64,000 nucleotides of DNA from positions 81,512,455-81,576,454 of the forward strand of contig NC_068988.1 of the NCBI RefSeq assembly GCF_001194135.2, read 5' to 3'. Position 1 is the first letter of the stretch. Each line of letters begins with the position of its first letter. A program made the translations under genes and the position numbers. A model generated the notes under the pieces. It was not told where the DNA came from. It searched no databases and saw only the letters and a program-made list of their open reading frames with translations. Source of the stretch: Octopus bimaculoides. Lineage: Eukaryota. This document shows positions 11,974 to 24,796 of this stretch, piece after piece.

Positions 11974-12948
11974 CACTGCCAAGATAGCTTTACTCTGTCT
12001 AATCTGTCTCATTTTTTAATAATGTTTATCCATGACAAGTTGAATGGAAAATCTGTCAAACTTAAGGTAACTTTAATTGATGTTAACTTCAGTTTTTCCA
12101 TGTTGTAGCAGTTGCTGATTATGATCATGATGACAAGGCGGAGGATGTTGGTGATGAGAGTGGTGGTGATGGTGATGATGATGATGAAAGTGTTTGAGGT
12201 GGTGGGGGTGATGATGGAAACAGTAATGATGATGATCAGAATGATGAAGATGGTGATGATAAAGGTCTCCTAAATCGCTTAGAATATCATTCTTTATGTA
12301 GAAATAACCAGTCTTGGTTCTAAATTATCAGTTCTAAATAATCAATTGTTGGTTCTAAATAATCCTGGTGACAATTCCCCAAACACCCCATCCCCACCCA
12401 ATGTTACCCAACACCCACCCTTATCTGCTACTAGTCAAAATAATGGTCCTTTGATCTATTAGTCTTTGAGTAATGAAAAGAATAAGGACTAAGGTCAATT
12501 TGTTTGACAAAATACTTAAAGACCCTGATGCTTCAGCATGCCAGGGTCCAATGACTGGAACAACTAAAAAGTAAACAATAAAAGAGACCATTGTCTAGAC
12601 CAGGAGTTCTGAACTATTTTTTGTGTTTATGAACCCCTGTGATTCCTATTTTACGCAGGGGGAAGGACTCCCATTAGTCATTTGATGTCTAAAAACTCCT
12701 ATTATATTTTTATGATTACATATATATTAGGAATCTTATAAAAAAATCTTCTGATATGATAAAACACTCAGTGTGTCCCTGTTGGTCACACTGTAAGCTG
12801 TAGGGAGAGAAGAGTAAAACAACATATGAAGTGGGAGTGGGTGGCAGTGGGAGATGCTAGGGAAAGAAGAATAAAACAACAAATGGAGTGGCAGTCAGAA
12901 TCAACAGTATTTAAATGAAAAGGGAATTAACTGTTGATCGTAAATTCC

Positions 12949-12987
<39 letters not shown>

Positions 12988-13179
12988 AAAGGCATATATA
13001 TTACATACAATAAAATGACTTCATCGGTCAAAAAATGTAAGCAAACATATGCATCTGCATGCACATTCATGCACTCACACATGCATATGTATGCCCATGC
13101 ATAGATGTACATAAATAAGTATGCGTATATATGAGCATATATATATAAACACACACACGCATACACATCTATATGTCAT

Positions 13180-13745
13180 CAGCATCATCATCATTTAACA
13201 TCTGCTTTCCATGCTAGCATGGGTTGGATGATTTGACAGGGGACTGGCGAAGCGGATAGCTACACCAGACTCCAATCTGATTTGGCAGAGTTTCTACAGC
13301 TGGATGCACTTCCTAACACCAGCCACTCTGAGAGTGTAGTGGGTGCTTTTTACGTGTCACTGGCATGGGAGCCAGTCTGGCGGAACTGGCAACAGCCACG
13401 CTCAAATAGTGTTTTTTATGTGCGACCTGCTCAGGAGTCAGTCCAATGTTTTGTTCACATGCCACCGGCACAAGTGCCAGTAAGGCGAGGCTGGAAATGA
13501 TCGCGCTCAAATGGTGCTTTTTACATGCCACCACCACGGGAGTGAGACCGCTGCTCTGGCAGTGATCCCACTTGGATGGTGCTGCTAGCACTCTACTGGC
13601 ATGGGTGCCAGTCATCAAATTTGGTTCAGTTTCGATCTCACTTGCCCCAACAGGTCTTCACAAGCATGTGTCCAGTGAGGGAAGGTTGGCATGGGTGCCA
13701 GTCATCAAATTTGGTTCAATTTCGATTTCGATTTCACTTGCCTCA
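13180..13745 (-). mobile_element. RTE-like 3' tail, long-unit subtype
   Basis: Reverse complement of the ..gcacgtaaaaagcacccactacactctc..catgccagcatggaaa..(GAT)n tail; related to 60350-60992. Confidence 0.8.
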
Positions 13746-13764
13746 TGTATATATGTATATATAT

Positions 13765-13975
13765 TCTTTTATTCTTTTACTTGTCTCAGTCGTTTGACTG
13801 TAGCCATGCTGGAGCACTGCCTTTAGTTGAGCAAATTGACCCCAGAACTGATTCTTCGTAAGTCTAGTACTTATTCTATCAATCTCTTTTGCCAAACTGC
13901 TAAGTTTTGGGGATGTAAATGCATTAGCATCAGTTGTCAAGCAATGTTGGTGGGGGGGACAAACACAGACACACA
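13765..13975 (-). mobile_element. SINE family A 3' half (5' half lost in gap)
   Basis: cttttacttgtctcagtc..ccatgctggagcactgcc..agtacttattctatc..ctgctaagtt. Confidence 0.75.
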
Positions 13976-14006
13976 AGCATATACACACGTGCATATATAT
14001 ATATAT

Positions 14007-14048
<42 letters not shown>

Positions 14049-14550
14049 GCATATANNNNNNNNNNNNNNNNNNNNNNNNNNNNNNNNNNNNNNNNNNNNN
14101 NNNNNNNNNNNNNNNNNNNNNNNNNNNNNNNNNNNNNNNNNNNNNNNNNNNNNNNNNNNNNNNNNNNNNNNNNNNNNNNNNNNNNNNNNNNNNNNNNNNN
14201 NNNNNNNNNNNNNNNNNNNNNNNNNNNNNNNNNNNNNNNNNNNNNNNNNNNNNNNNNNNNNNNNNNNNNNNNNNNNNNNNNNNNNNNNNNNNNNNNNNNN
14301 NNNNNNNNNNNNNNNNNNNNNNNNNNNNNNNNNNNNNNNNNNNNNNNNNNNNNNNNNNNNNNNNNNNNNNNNNNNNNNNNNNNNNNNNNNNNNNNNNNNN
14401 NNNNNNNNNNNNNNNNNNNNNNNNNNNNNNNNNNNNNNNNNNNNNNNNNNNNNNNNNNNNNNNNNNNNNNNNNNNNNNATATATATAGAATAGTTTGGCA
14501 TAGGCACGTCAAACTGTCCTACCCATGCCAGCACAGAAGGTGGACGTTAA

Positions 14551-14582
<32 letters not shown>

Positions 14583-14585
14583 ATG

Positions 14586-14626
<41 letters not shown>

Positions 14627-14659
14627 TGAGAGAGAGGAAAGATATGTCCATAAAGTAAG

Positions 14660-14700
<41 letters not shown>

Positions 14701-14767
14701 CTATGTATACATATATGTGTGCTTGTGCACATGTGTATATGTATATATGTATGGATATATATGTTCA

Positions 14768-14807
<40 letters not shown>

Positions 14808-15244
14808 TACACGAACATACATTACTTGAGTTATATTTTCAACTGCGACAATACATCTTATTCTTCAAGAGCCTCAATTCAATGTAGGTACATATATTTA
14901 CTAGATTGCTGAGACTTATTTATAGTTTTCTCCATTGTGCCGTTTAGTATCATAAAACTGTTGGTATTTTTGTTGACATGGGTATGCTAGTGTTTAAATA
15001 TTTTGTGTATTGTTGAATTATAACCAGTTTATTACACATAAATTTTAACAACGAAATCTTATATGGACCCCCATGAACCATATGAACTTCAGTTGAGAAC
15101 CACTGATGTAGACTATAATAAAATGAGACTGCCAGTTTAAAACACATGCTAGTTTGCAAAGCATAGCTTTTAATTAAATTTGACATGAAATACCAATTTA
15201 AACATTATATTCCATCTCACTTACTTGGATGGCTTCCTTAGTGG

Positions 15245-15420
15245 CTACATCCAATAATTCAGGACCTCTTCAAGGATCTGTTATATTCCCATATTTCTTC
15301 CTATCTACACTAATAACCAATATGTGTCAGAGCTTGCAGTGTGGTTGTCAGCTAAGCTGAAGTATAGCTTATCTGGAAATGTAAGTCTTTGGATTGTACC
15401 TAGTTATTTGTATGTTGTTG
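15245..15420 (+). mobile_element. Decayed RT fragment (CR1/L2-like)
   Basis: GPLQGSVIFP resembles the GVPQGSVLGP RT motif; WLSAKL resembles WLxxNKL. No intact ORF. Confidence 0.4.
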
Positions 15421-15996
15421 GTATATTTGATTAGAACTGACCTGAGGTTATATAACAACAACAACAACTGTAAATCTGAGCCACTTTCTGCCACAAACAC
15501 TAATGAACCAACTCCAGTTCTTCTCTTCTAATCCATTTGTGAATAAAGCATTTCCTCACTGTAAATTCATTGACAGCTTTGATTATTGAGTAAGATTTAA
15601 TAAGAAATTGAAAAAAGAAAATCAACACAATCTAATACTGAAACTTGGTCACACCAAAGAACCCCCAAAGCCAAACAAGTTGCTTGCAGAAAAGTATAAA
15701 AAAGAAAAGCGAAAAAATCTTCCATTCTTCTAGCGGTATCAAACAAAGTTCCACTGAAATATCTTTTTCCAATGTTTTCACTTCTATATAATTACTGTAA
15801 CCTCGACGACGAACATAATTCTGTTATTTACATAAATTATTAGTGCCTTCGAGCAAATCTTGGCCCACTTACCGTTTTCAGATGTAAAGAGTAGAAACAG
15901 TTTTTACCAAATCACAAAAGAAATAATGAAGCATTCATTTTTTTCCTGAAAACAAAATTATTGGAGAAATCTCTCAATCCTTATATGTCTTATGTT

Positions 15997-16440
15997 TAAC
16001 CAAAGAACATATTTACTTAATCAGTAGATGTCAAGATTGGTAGAGAGATATTTTAGGTCAGCCAAAGAACATTTATTTACTAAGTGGATCTCATAAGTAT
16101 CTGTGGTGATGGTGGTGGTGGGGCGATATTGTAAGTCTAACAACAGAATATATTGATCCAAACAGTGGATGTCAGAATTGGTAGAGAGATATTGTAGGTC
16201 TAAATCAAAGAACATGTTTACTTAATCAGTAGATGTCAAGATTGGTAGAAAGATATTCTAGGTCCAATCAAAGAATATTTATTTACACAGAAGTGTGTGT
16301 GTGTATACGTACTAGGGGGGTGGGTATTGTAAGTCTAACAACAGAATATATTGATCTAAACAATGAATGTCAAGACTGGTAGAGATATATTACAGGTCTA
16401 ACCAAAGAATATGTTTATTTAACCAATGGATGTAGAATCA
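15997..16440. repeat. Higher-order minisatellite (about 63-bp subunits in about 200-bp units)
   Basis: Recurrent caaagaacatRtttacttaatcagtagatgtcaagattggtagaRagatattYtaggtc and tattgtaagtctaacaacagaatatattgat blocks. Confidence 0.85.
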
Positions 16441-16715
16441 GTAATGTTATGGACCAAATGCCTTGAATTATTTTGTTATATCCAAGCCACACTCTACTCA
16501 AATCTACCTTTCCTTCTCAGAGTTGATGATGTAGTATGATGTGTGGCAGGGTGTGGGTGGATCAGGTGTGTGATATATACATATGAATTAAATGATGATG
16601 CTGCTTCTCTTCCCCTGTAAAATATTTATAAATTTTCACCTATGTTCACAGCAACAACAACTGGGTCTTTGCATTCAGTTGTGCTCCATTACACTTAGCA
16701 CTTGGCATCATTTAA

Positions 16716-16925
16716 CCCTTTAGCATTCAGATTAATCAGTCATATTTAATACTTATTTATTCACATTGTTTTAACTTAATCTCGTAGCTTTGAGATTTCA
16801 ACGATATGATTGTTTATCATTAGAACAACATTGTATGACAGGTGTGAGAGGTCAGATCTGGCCAGTTTGAACGTGAAACAAGTAAAATATTTAGGCCGGA
16901 TATGGCCGGTTTAAATGTTAAAAAG
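16716..16925. mobile_element. piggyBac-like MITE
   Basis: TTAA|ccctttagcatt ... aatgttaaaaag|TTAA; homologous to 39260-39480. Confidence 0.75.
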
Positions 16926-17807
16926 TTAATTCCTCATTGAATATTTCTTTTACTGCTGTTAAGATTTTATAAGGTAAAAACATTAAAAAAAAAAACCCAA
17001 AAACTCAACAACCAGATTAATGTATTACAACACTAGAATATGCAAAAAAACATTGCAAATGAGAGGTGTCAACCAACTCAGTTTCTTAACATACATCACA
17101 TTTCTGCTATGTCTGAATATTGTTACTGCAGTTAATATGCTTAAAGATTTTATCCATTCCTAGTTAAATGCATCATCATTAATTATTGCTTTAGGTTCGA
17201 GTGTTTTGTTTGTCTCTTATATCATTACTATACCATTTAATTCATTATCTCCCAACTCCCTCTTTTCCCTACACCTCTCACTCTACCCACTTTACTATAT
17301 ATATAGATCGGAAGANNNNNNNNNNNNNNNNNNNNNNNNNNNNNNNNNNNNNNNNNNNNNNNNNNNNNNNNNNNNNNNNNNNNNNNNNNNNNNNNNNNNN
17401 NNNNNNNNNNNNNNNNNNNNNNNNNNNNNNNNNNNNNNNNNNNNNNNNNNNNNNNNNNNNNNNNNNNNNNNNNNNNNNNNNNNNNNNNNNNNNNNNNNNN
17501 NNNNNNNNNNNNNNNNNNNNNNNNNNNNNNNNNNNNNNNNNNNNNNNNNNNNNNNNNNNNNNNNNNNNNNNNNNNNNNNNNNNNNNNNNNNNNNNNNNNN
17601 NNNNNNNNNNNNNNNNNNNNNNNNNNNNNNNNNNNNNNNNNNNNNNNNNNNNNNNNNNNNNNNNNNNNNNNNNNNNNNNNNNNNNNNNNNNNNNNNNNNN
17701 NNNNNNNNNNNNNNNNNNNNNNNNNNNNNNNNNNNNNNNNNNNNNNNNNNNNNNNNNNNNNNNNNNNNNNNNNNNNNNNNNNNNNNNNNNNNNNNNNNNN
17801 NNNNNNN

Positions 17808-17851
<44 letters not shown>

Positions 17852-18869
17852 AATTTAACAAAAACACAACAAACAGAAATATTACAAAAACATAACAAGC
17901 AGAAAGTTCGTAGTTCATCCCTCATCAGTCAACGTCCAAAAAAATCATTGCAATTTTGTGCCTTTAATGTTGATATTGTTCACTTTTGGTGGCACCAGTG
18001 GTGAAAAGCCACAGGGAATAGCTAATGTATGTACAGGACAATGACGAAAACAAACACAAGATATACACACACATACACACACATATACACACACATACAT
18101 ATACGTACATACATACATGTATTTGTATGTATATATTAATTAAGAGCAGTCAATGGGAGATAATTAACTGTGGCAAATGTATAAGCAATGTTATTACATG
18201 TATCAAAAAGTTACATAAACCAACACTGGAATGGGTTATAGTGTGTCTGGTGGTTTTTCCTTAATTCCTGTATTTTGTAAAATGTGGACATGATGAAAAA
18301 ATATTGCTCCTCGTATTTATACAGCTCATAGTGATTCTCAAGTTTCTTAAACATACAAAATGTCTTTTGACCCATTAACATAAGGTTTGGTCTTTCATTT
18401 TATGTTGTATCATATACCACTCCCTGATACCCTACAATATTATACACCCATGTCCTAACACACATTAATAAATGCTTTGTCAAATCTTACATAGATGGAA
18501 CAATGTCACTATAGAATTATGCTTCCACATGTGATTTTTCCAAAAAGTATTCACCCAGAACAATTTAAAACTAAACTTTAAATTCTCCCCTGCTAAGTCT
18601 CTAAGTTCCAATATAACTGAAATGAATACCAATAACAAAAAATGACAATGACCATTATTTCAGCCAGAACAACGGAACAATCTCTTGGTGATTGTCTTTT
18701 AATTCCTGATATTCTTCATGTGATTATATTTTGATCCATCTTTATATTCTGAAGATTCTATTATTCCTCAATCCATGATATTCTTCAAAGTAGTTCTAGT
18801 TTGATACGATTATAATCCATTGGGGTTTCCTTATTAATTCATTATAATCCTCAGGTGATTCCCTATTAA

Positions 18870-18875
<6 letters not shown>

Positions 18876-18929
<54 letters not shown>

Positions 18930-18930
18930 G

Positions 18931-19018
<88 letters not shown>

Positions 19019-19052
19019 TACTACTACTACTACTATTATTATTATTATTATT
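18876..19052. repeat. (ATT)n/(ACT)n microsatellite
   Basis: About 59 trinucleotide units; source of the spurious poly-N and poly-L ORFs. Confidence 0.98.
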
Positions 19053-19199
19053 AGCTGATTCCATATTAATTCTTTATTATCCCCAGGTGATTCTATTTCA
19101 ATTCAGTCATTGTTAAGTCATTTCAAAAACTGATATTTTACTAATTACTTCCAGGATTTTTGACAGAGTTGCATGATTAGTTTGCTATTCTAAAGGAGA

Positions 19200-19295
<96 letters not shown>

Positions 19296-19605
19296 ATGAA
19301 AAGAAAGAAGGATCAGAGGGTGAGAGGAGCTTGGAAAAGAAAGTCTGGAAGAGTTCTGTGATAGTTAATATATCAAATAGTGGTTTCTTTTTGTGAAAAG
19401 TTAATAATTATTTAATCAAGATTTCCTTTCTCTACACACACAAGCAGTACGTTTATAGAGGAAGGAATATAAATGACCAAATCATTTCCAATATATCACT
19501 GGTACCTACAAAATGATAAGAAGATAAAGCTTAATCCTGAGCAGAGACAGATAAGAATACTGTAATGGATTTAGTGTGGATTTAGTGCGGTGCTTTCATA
19601 TTGAT

Positions 19606-19820
19606 TTCAAATTCTGGCACAAGGCCAGCAATTTAGGGGGAGTAGGTAAGTTGATTACATTGACTACAATGCTCGACTGGTACTTATTTTATCGACCCTG
19701 AAAGGATGAAAAGCAAAGTTGACCCCAGTGGCATTTGAACTTAGAACGTAAAGATGGACGAAATGCTACAAAGCATTCTGCCTGGCATGCTGAAGATTCT
19801 ACCAGTCCCCTGCCTTGTCT
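19606..19820 (-). mobile_element. SINE family B with perfect 17-bp TSD
   Basis: Core ggtacttattttatcgaccctgaaaggatgaaaagc; TSD ggtgctttcatattgat at 19589-19605 and 19821-19837. Confidence 0.9.
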
Positions 19821-20241
19821 GGTGCTTTCATATTGATGGCTAAAATAAGCAAGAGGAATTATAAAGTATTGTTTGTAGCCAAATAAATTAATGCCAGTAG
19901 TTGTATATTGAACAAACATCATCAGAATGAAGGCAATTTGGCCAGCCTGGACAGGAATTGAACATAGAATAGAGAGATGTAGGCAAGTAGTGGATGACAT
20001 TTTGTCTGATACCTCTCCCTTTTCTCTATCTGCCATTCTAATGATAAATGTACATTAGATCTCTTAAACCTTACCAATTCTTCTATCCATCAATCTAATG
20101 ACAGATGAATGTTATATATTTAGGTTTGTTGAGGATTTTTAAATTGTTAATATTACACAGCAGAAGAAAATGATAAATTAATAGAGTTGAAGTTTAAAAA
20201 ATAATTTAATTAAAATTGGGTAGAGTAGTTTTATGATCATA

Positions 20242-20398
20242 GGCGCAGGAGCTGCTGTGTGGTAAGTAGCTTGCTTACCAACCACATGGTTCTGGGTTCA
20301 TTGCGTGACACCTTGGGCAAGTGTCTTCTACTATAGCCTCGGGCCGTCCAAAGCCTTGTGAGTGGATTTGGTAGACGGAAACTGAAAGAAGCCCGTCG

Positions 20399-20452
<54 letters not shown>

Positions 20453-20620
20453 TGTGTTTGTCTCCCCAACATCGCTTGACAACCAATGCTGGTGTGTTTA
20501 CGTCCCCGTAACTTAGCGGTTCGGCAAGTCCTGGGGTCGATTTGCTCGACTAAATGCGGTGCTCCAGCATGGCCGCAGTCAAATGACTGAAACATGTAAA
20601 AAGAAAAAGAAAAAAAGAAA
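20242..20620 (+). mobile_element. SINE family A, near full length and young
   Basis: ggcgcaggagctgctgtgtggtaagtagcttgc head, (TA)n(TG)n middle, gtccccgtaacttagcggttcggcaa, ccagcatggccgcagtcaaatgactgaaac, A-rich tail. CpG-rich. Confidence 0.9.
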
Positions 20621-21335
20621 GGTATTGAACTGGTGAGCAGTATGCCATCAGTTCAAATCTGAACTGCAATTATATTTGAAATTATTACATGAGCACTCTG
20701 TTAGGACAAGACATATTACTCGAGCTACACGAGTATTTCTAGTTCACATAAAGTTGTACTTATACTTCATGAATAAGTGGCTAGCAGCAGGAAGGGAATT
20801 AAGGTATAAAAACATTTGTTTTAACAATTTGCAAATGTCTAACAGAGTAAACATTGTTAGACAAGAAAAAAATGGATGGAGAAATGGACTGGAAATGATT
20901 TAAACACAAAAATAGCAAAGATTAAGAAGTGTTTCACATTGATTGATGTTTATCTTCAAGTAGAATTGCTATTCCAATATAGATATTGGCATAACGTCAA
21001 TTAGTAGGTATAAATACCCTAGAGCAAGTACTGTTTAATGTCAGTGTGACCCAGGCTATGAAGGAAGCAGTTAGAGGAAGTTGTTATGCTCAATGGAAAT
21101 GTTGCTTCTATTTCTGCCATCTGTCCCAAACAGACTTCTAGAGTAAGGGCTAAGTTTCTTAAAGAGTCTAATTTCTGGACCCAGTTTTAATTCCCAATTT
21201 CCTTTTCATACCAATCCAATTCCCTTTTCATGTTCAAAAGCATCAGTGTCATATAGTTTTCTGAATTTAAAAAGTACATATATTTTTTTATAGCTTTGGT
21301 AGGGAATCATTAACAACTTTTTACTGGGTCTCCCA

Positions 21336-21660
21336 GCCACCACCACCACCGTCACCACCGCCGCCACCGCCACTGTCGCCGCCGCCGCCGCCGCCATCTT
21401 CATCATTTAATATCCATTTCCATGCTGGCATGGGTTGGATGGTTTGACAGGAGCTGGCAAGCAGGAGAGCTGCACCAGGCCCCAATTATCTGTTCTGGTA
21501 TGGTTTCTATGGCTAGATACCCTTCCTTATGCCAACCACTTTATAGAATGTACTTGGTGCTTTTTATGTGACATCAGCACAATAGTTTTTAATGTGGTAC
21601 CAGCAGAGATGCTTGTTATGTGGTGCCAGCATGGGTGCTTTTTATGTGGTGTCAGCATGT
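21336..21660 (-). mobile_element. Solo RTE-LINE 3' tail with (GGC/GGT)n terminal tract
   Basis: ccatttccatgctggcatgggttggatgg..tggtgctttttatgtg; terminal repeat grades from cat to gcc and acc. Confidence 0.8.
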
Positions 21661-22085
21661 GAGGAATAGGAGGGAACAATCTTCTGATCAGATATATATT
21701 CAGAATACTTGCAAGAGAATAGAGCCAGTTAAGGCTAGCTAGCAGTCAGATGGTGTTGGTATTAAACCAGGCAGTTAAGTCTATCCATCCTCAAAACAGG
21801 AACAATCCCTTCAATAAGCCTGTAGCTAGTTTGAAATGTAATGTAACACTAATTTTTTACTTGTAAAAGGGTGGGGGTTTGATTTTAAGGTGAACAATAG
21901 TATAGTGAATTGGGTATAATTTAGTATTGAGCTTGGAAGCTCATGTTTGTATGTTCAAGTCATAAAAGAGCTTAACCTTTTTCCATCATTATAGAATTGA
22001 AAAACAAGCTTATTTTTCTGGATTCTTATTTGTGGTAAAACTTTACTCTTTCAGTAACATAAGAATTTATGTAGCATTCCACAAA

Positions 22086-22303
22086 TATTGGTTTTAAATT
22101 TTGGTACAAGGCCAGCAACTTCAGGGAGGGGTAAGTTGATTAAATCAACTCCCAGTACTCAATTGGTACTCATTTTATCAGCCCTGAAAGGATGAAAGGT
22201 AAAGCTGACCTTGGTGGAATTTGAACTCAGAACATAAAGAGAGAAATGAAATGCCGCTAAGCAATTTGTTTAGTGTGCCAATGATTCTGGCAGCTTGCCA
22301 CTT
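22086..22303 (-). mobile_element. SINE family B
   Basis: ggtactcattttatcagccctgaaaggatgaaaggtaaag..atttgaactcagaac. Confidence 0.85.
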
Positions 22304-22629
22304 TATATGCCACGCATATGAAACTTTGATTTGGAATAACCTGCTAGTTCCAGATAATTCTTTCAAAATCTTGGAAAAAATGTTCAACTATGACCTAGCT
22401 GTCTTAGAGAACAGTTCAATTTCAGCTCAGATTTGAATTTCTCTGTTTATAATGAGATGGCTTATAAATGTATTTCAGAGAATCTTTCATGCTTCAGGCA
22501 GATATCGAGAAGTTGGTAAACTTCATTTATTGTCTTGACAGTGTCTTCTATAAATGGATTTCATAAAGATAATAAATAAAAGACATACAAATATTTGGGT
22601 CAATAATTAATTTACTGAACGTTAGTTTA

Positions 22630-22935
22630 CTCTTTTACTTGTTTCAGTCATTTGACTGTGGCCATGCTGGAGCACTGCCTTTAGTCGAACAAATCGACCC
22701 TAGGACTTATTCTTTGGAAGCCTAGTACTTATTCTATCAGTCTCTTTGGCCGAACTGCTAAGTTACGGGGACGTAAACACACCAGCATCGGTTGTCAAGC
22801 GATGTTGGGGGACAAACACAGACACACAAACATATACACACACATACATATATATATAGACATATATACGACGGGCTTCTTTCAGTTTCCGTCTACCAAA
22901 TCCACTCACAAGGCTTTGGTCGGCCCGAGGCTAAT
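22630..22935 (-). mobile_element. SINE family A (5'-truncated)
   Basis: cttttacttgtttcagtcatttgactgtggccatgctggagc..gacgggcttctttcagtttccgtctaccaaatccactcacaaggctttgg. Confidence 0.88.
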
Positions 22936-23106
22936 ATTTATAAGACAAATTCAACCCTTAAATCAATCAAAAGACTGATTCCATTCCCTTATTTCTGAAT
23001 GCTACATTGGTATTGTAGCCTACCCAATGTTCTTTCTCTTATTTTTTCAGAATTTCTTTACACTTAGAGATGCAGAACAGAAAAAAAAGCTCTTCTGAGA
23101 TCTAGA

Positions 23107-23223
23107 TATGGTGCCACTGTCAGGACATGATGCCCCTAACAGGATACGATTCCACTGTCAGGACATGGTACCACATCAAAATTGGTATCACTGTTAGGGT
23201 ATGGTGCCATTGTCAGGATATGA
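23107..23223. repeat. About 19-bp minisatellite, about 6 copies
   Basis: Unit tatggtgccactgtcagga with substitutions. Confidence 0.75.
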
Positions 23224-24601
23224 ACTCACAACAGTGAATGACACGTTTTGTTACCTGATGCTATTATACTAATTGTGATGGATTATTGTTCTTAGTGTAA
23301 TTGTTGCAGATTGAATGGCCACATAATGTACAGTGTTCCTGACTAAATTACATAGACAGAAGGGACATTATCATCGTCATCATCATCATTGTTTAACGTC
23401 TGCCTTCCATGTTGGCATGGGTGGGACAGGACCCATGCTTAATTTAGACTGCTTCAAGGAGAAACTGGTGAAGCATCAGAAGTATATTGTTGAAAATCAT
23501 TAAGATGGAGAATCTTAGATGTACAGAATAAAGGAGAGAAATAAAGGAAAACAGAGAATGAGAAAGACAGAGGAGAGGAGGAAAGAAAAGAAAGAAAGAG
23601 ATGAGAGAGGAGGGAGGAGGGAGGGAAGGAGAAAGTGAGTGGGAGGATGAGAGAGAGTGAAAGAATTCAGAGATTTGATGTGCAACCCAGCCATATAAAA
23701 AGTGAAGTAGTCATGCTATTTGGGTATATGATAAAAAGAGTTGTGCACTTTCACTGTACATGTGTTATTGTAATTTCAACTACAAAAATCTACAATAAAT
23801 TATAAGTTCAATGCTGAAACACTAGCATCATCATTAACAATACTACACTAACGAAGACTAGAACTACATAGTCTTACAAGTCTGTCTGAAATTAGGGAAT
23901 TAATCAGCAGCACAAGTTGATGACAGAACAGATGAACAAACATTTAAACAATTGATTCAAACCTGGAGAAAACTCCAAACCAAATTAAATAAAGTATTTC
24001 ACTTGTAAATAAGAAATATGTTAAAGTTGATGAACTACAAAGACAAACTAATGAACACTACTATGTTTTTTGTTAGTTCGCTTTTCATCTCTGGCGGAAC
24101 ACAGATGAAATTGTATTTAAATTCAATTTATGAATATTTATTTCAGACGTCATCTGTTTAACTCTAATATTATCTGACATTTACACAAGTGATTTTATGT
24201 TATGTCATAATAAAGCATAAACAAAGCTCGATCGTCATTTATAAACAGCTTATATGAAAATTATTGCAGGAATTTTCTTGTAGTTTATAGAGACAAACTA
24301 CGATTTGGAATCTCAACAGTGACATTTATCTACAAACATCAAACACTCATCATATTTATCTTCCATTTCTCATAAAAGATGGCAAATTTGCTAGCAAAAA
24401 GGAAAACAAACTATTGCTAATCAATAAACAAAGACTAAACCATAGAATCATGGAACTCTAAATGTACCATCACACACACACACACACACACACACAGGTA
24501 TTTCATAAATGCACAAACATATACACATGTATCTCTATACGTTCTTGTATATACACAATCTACACAAACATGCATACACACACACACACATTATATACAT
24601 T

Positions 24602-24667
<66 letters not shown>

Positions 24668-24764
24668 GAGAGACAGACAGACAGACAGACAGAGCCAGAA
24701 AGACAGACAGACAGAAAGAATAGATACATATATATACGGTGAAATAATGTATAAACATCAAAGA

Positions 24765-24796
<32 letters not shown>

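Larger units (their letters stand above)
12601..15105. mobile_element. hAT MITE halves (left about 12601-12760, right about 14985-15105), possibly one element split by insertions
   Basis: Left TIR caggagttctgaac preceded by gtctagac; right TIR gttgagaaccactg followed by atgtagac. Internal sequence is similar to the 43855 copy. Confidence 0.55.

Noticed and set aside
13743-14606. Long ORFs spanning N-gaps (also at 17.2-18.0, 46.8-47.5, 49.9-50.9, 53.5-53.9 and 58.8-59.1 kb)
   Set aside because: They stay open only because N codons translate as X; the flanks are (TA)n.
15997-16440. CRISPR-like array (also considered for 60563-60810)
   Set aside because: Eukaryotic context, degenerate tandem units, no unique spacers and no cas genes.
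17895-17935. Minus-strand CTGATGA..GAAC hammerhead-like core
   Set aside because: GAAA is incomplete, stem II does not pair and there is no stem I.
18834-19116. Poly-N / poly-L ORFs and the many THTH, YIYI, CVCV, SLSL and ERER ORFs across the window
   Set aside because: Translations of microsatellites, with no splice or domain support.
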